DNA of 64,000 bases, taken from the human T2T-CHM13v2.0 reference genome, Homo sapiens. Shown here one piece after another: positions 62,071-64,000 of this stretch; position 1 is the stretch's first letter, and every line of letters begins with the position of its first letter. The notes under the pieces are model-generated. The model saw nothing but the letters and a program-made list of their open reading frames with translations, was not told where the DNA came from and did no database searches. The translations under genes and the position numbers were made by a program. Location: assembly GCF_009914755.1 (NCBI RefSeq), contig NC_060929.1. One strand, 5' to 3'.

Positions 62071-62239
62071 GTCAGGCTCCCTTCAAGTATAAAGTCCATT
62101 TAGATAGAAAGTATTCAGCATTAAAGAGTTTAAGAAATGCAGAATCAGTGATCCCACCCATGGAAAGGAACCATTAGAAAATAACACATCAACAACAAAT
62201 TATGAATTAGAAAATGAAAAATTTGAATCAGTGAATCTG

Positions 62240-62470
62240 CATTATTTTGTAACGGTGTAAGCATGTCATTATACATTTGACAATACTCATAGCCTGTACA
62301 AAGCAAAGAGTGAACACTAATGTGAACTTCTATTGATAGTATTTCAATATTGACTCATAAATTATAACAAAGGTACCACATTCATTTCTTCTAATATAGA
62401 AGTAACTGGTAAATGGGTTTGCAACTGAAAGGGCATATGAGAACTCCACACTTTCCACTCAATTTGGTTG
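62240..62470 (+). mobile_element. L1MC-type 3' end fragment
   Basis: 'catgtcattatacatttg...aagagtgaacactaatgtgaact...aacaaaggtaccaca'. Confidence 0.65.
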
Positions 62471-63380
62471 GTAGAGATATTAATCCTAAAGGTGCTTCTG
62501 GTGAGGTCTCAGAAAGAGATGAAGAACATGTTACTGGTCAATGGAGGAAAGATGACCCTGGTCATAAAGTGCCGAGAACTTGACTGAATTACATTCTGCC
62601 GTTGGGAGGAAAGTAGAATTTGTTAGCAAAGAACCGATATTTCCAAGCACAGTGTGGAACAAACTCTCTGGTTTCTCCTTCTTGCTTATACTAGCTTAAT
62701 ATGAGAGAAAATAGATAAAATGAGGAATAAATCATTAAGCAAAAAGAAACCAACACTTGAGGATTTGGAAAATTCTCTGCTTATCCAGGCAGCAGCAAAA
62801 GATGAGAAAAATAGATGCTCTGGAGAGAACATTAAAGCTATGGCTGGACAACCATTATTTAAGATTAGTAAAGAGATTAGACATGTGATTTATGGATTTA
62901 ATCAAACATCTAACGAGAAACCAAGAATAAAAGTTGGGCTATTCGGGAAGGATCTGTGGAGAACTTTTATGTCTGGTGGCTTAGAATCCCATGAATTTCA
63001 TGGAAGACTGATAAGGGTTATGATAATTTTATACCAGCAGACACCATAAGCTGGGACTGATAGGATTGGAGATAAAAAGAAATAAGGGAAAAATGATACT
63101 GAGGGAAGAGCCATAGTTGCAGAGGCCAGAAAGGACAGAGCAGTGGGCCCAGAGTCTGGGCAGCTCAATGGGGACTCCAGAGCTAAGAGATGGGGTCACT
63201 GCCTTGTAGGACCCAGGGAATGAAGCATCAGGTCACAGAGAATTAGTATGTGGCCTTAAAGCCTAATCGAATTTGCCTGGCTAGGTTTTGGGGTTGCTTG
63301 GGACCCAAGACCCATTTTATGTTTCCAATTTCTCCCTTTTGGAACGTGAGTGCTATCTTATTTCTGTCTTATCACACTGT
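62471..63380 (+). mobile_element. MaLR internal (MLT1-int-like) fragment without adjoining LTRs
   Basis: 'ttctggtgaggtctcagaaagagatgaagaacatgttactggtcaatggaggaaagatgaccctggtcataaagtg', 'gaggatttggaaaattctctgc', 'ccaatttctcccttttggaa'. Confidence 0.75.
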
Positions 63381-63409
63381 AAAGTTTTTTTTTTTTTAAG
63401 TTTAGTCAC

Positions 63410-63870
63410 ACGAAGTATGTTACTGGAGTAAAACACAATAAAATTAGAAATCAAACATGGCAGAAAAAATAAAAAATCAGAAATATGTGGGAATTAAAAA
63501 TGTACCACTAGATAATTAATGGGTCAAAGAAGAAATCATGACAGCAATGATAAATAATTTGATTTAGTGGAAAATGAAAACAAAACATAATAAATTGAAT
63601 AGAATACAGCTAAATCAGTGCTCAGAGGAAAATTTATAGCTGCAATATGCTTATATTAAAAATAGAAAGGTCTCAAATAATGACCAAATCTTCCACCTCA
63701 AGAAATTAGAAAGAACGTTAAGAACAAACAAAACCCAAAAGAAAAGACATTTTAAAGATTAGAGAAAAAAATAAATAAAACGGAGAATAGAAAAATGACA
63801 GAGAATATCAACAATGAAAATTGTGTTTTTTAAAATAATTGATAACATTATTCAACATTTTAGCTCCTTA
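63410..63870 (+). mobile_element. Old L1M ORF2 fragment
   Basis: 'tgggtcaaagaagaaatc', 'cagctaaatcagtgctcagaggaaaatttatagc', 'cttccacctcaagaaattagaaa'. Confidence 0.75.
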
Positions 63871-63874
63871 CAAG

Positions 63875-64000
63875 ATTGTACAAGCTATGCCATCAATGAT
63901 TCCTGGTGCCTTCAATTTGTTAAATAGGTAAAAATGCACATACATTGAAGTATTGTGAGGATAAAATTAAATGGCAAGTGCTTAGTAAATATCCCCATGC
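63875..64000 (+). mobile_element. MIR fragment
   Basis: 'tattgtgaggataaaattaaa...aagtgcttag'. Confidence 0.45.

Noticed and set aside
62720-63049. 109-aa ORF with a plausible amino-acid composition
   Set aside because: Lies within decayed MaLR internal sequence; no evidence of domestication from sequence alone.

Overview
This is AT-rich primate (most likely human or great ape) genomic DNA that looks like a gene desert or a deep intron. I see no host protein-coding gene, rRNA, tRNA, CRISPR array or CpG island. The window is a layered record of mammalian transposons: about 8 Alus (J, S, Y), L1 copies from L1ME/MC/MA/PB to L1PA, L2 and MIR relics, MaLR LTRs (MLT1, MST, THE1D) and a MaLR internal fragment, MLT2A1/A2, MER9 (HERV-K HML-3), MER31/MER67, a Tigger13a-like element, MER3 and simple repeats. 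The only long ORFs are broken L1 ORF1/ORF2 pieces and low-complexity artefacts. I found no evidence for a new gene system. The most interesting signals are structural: (1) a ~1 kb old L2-derived block inside a younger MST LTR, flanked by a 49-bp duplication; (2) an Alu whose poly(A) tail is replaced by an exact 23-bp copy of sequence 454 bp downstream; (3) an unexplained ~238-bp diverged local duplication; (4) four independent 5'-inverted L1 insertions, one with an 84-bp duplicated junction; (5) a strong isolated CTCF motif and two PBX/HOX-motif clusters. Repeat subfamily names come from my recall of consensus sequences, not a RepeatMasker run, and boundaries of old elements are approximate.
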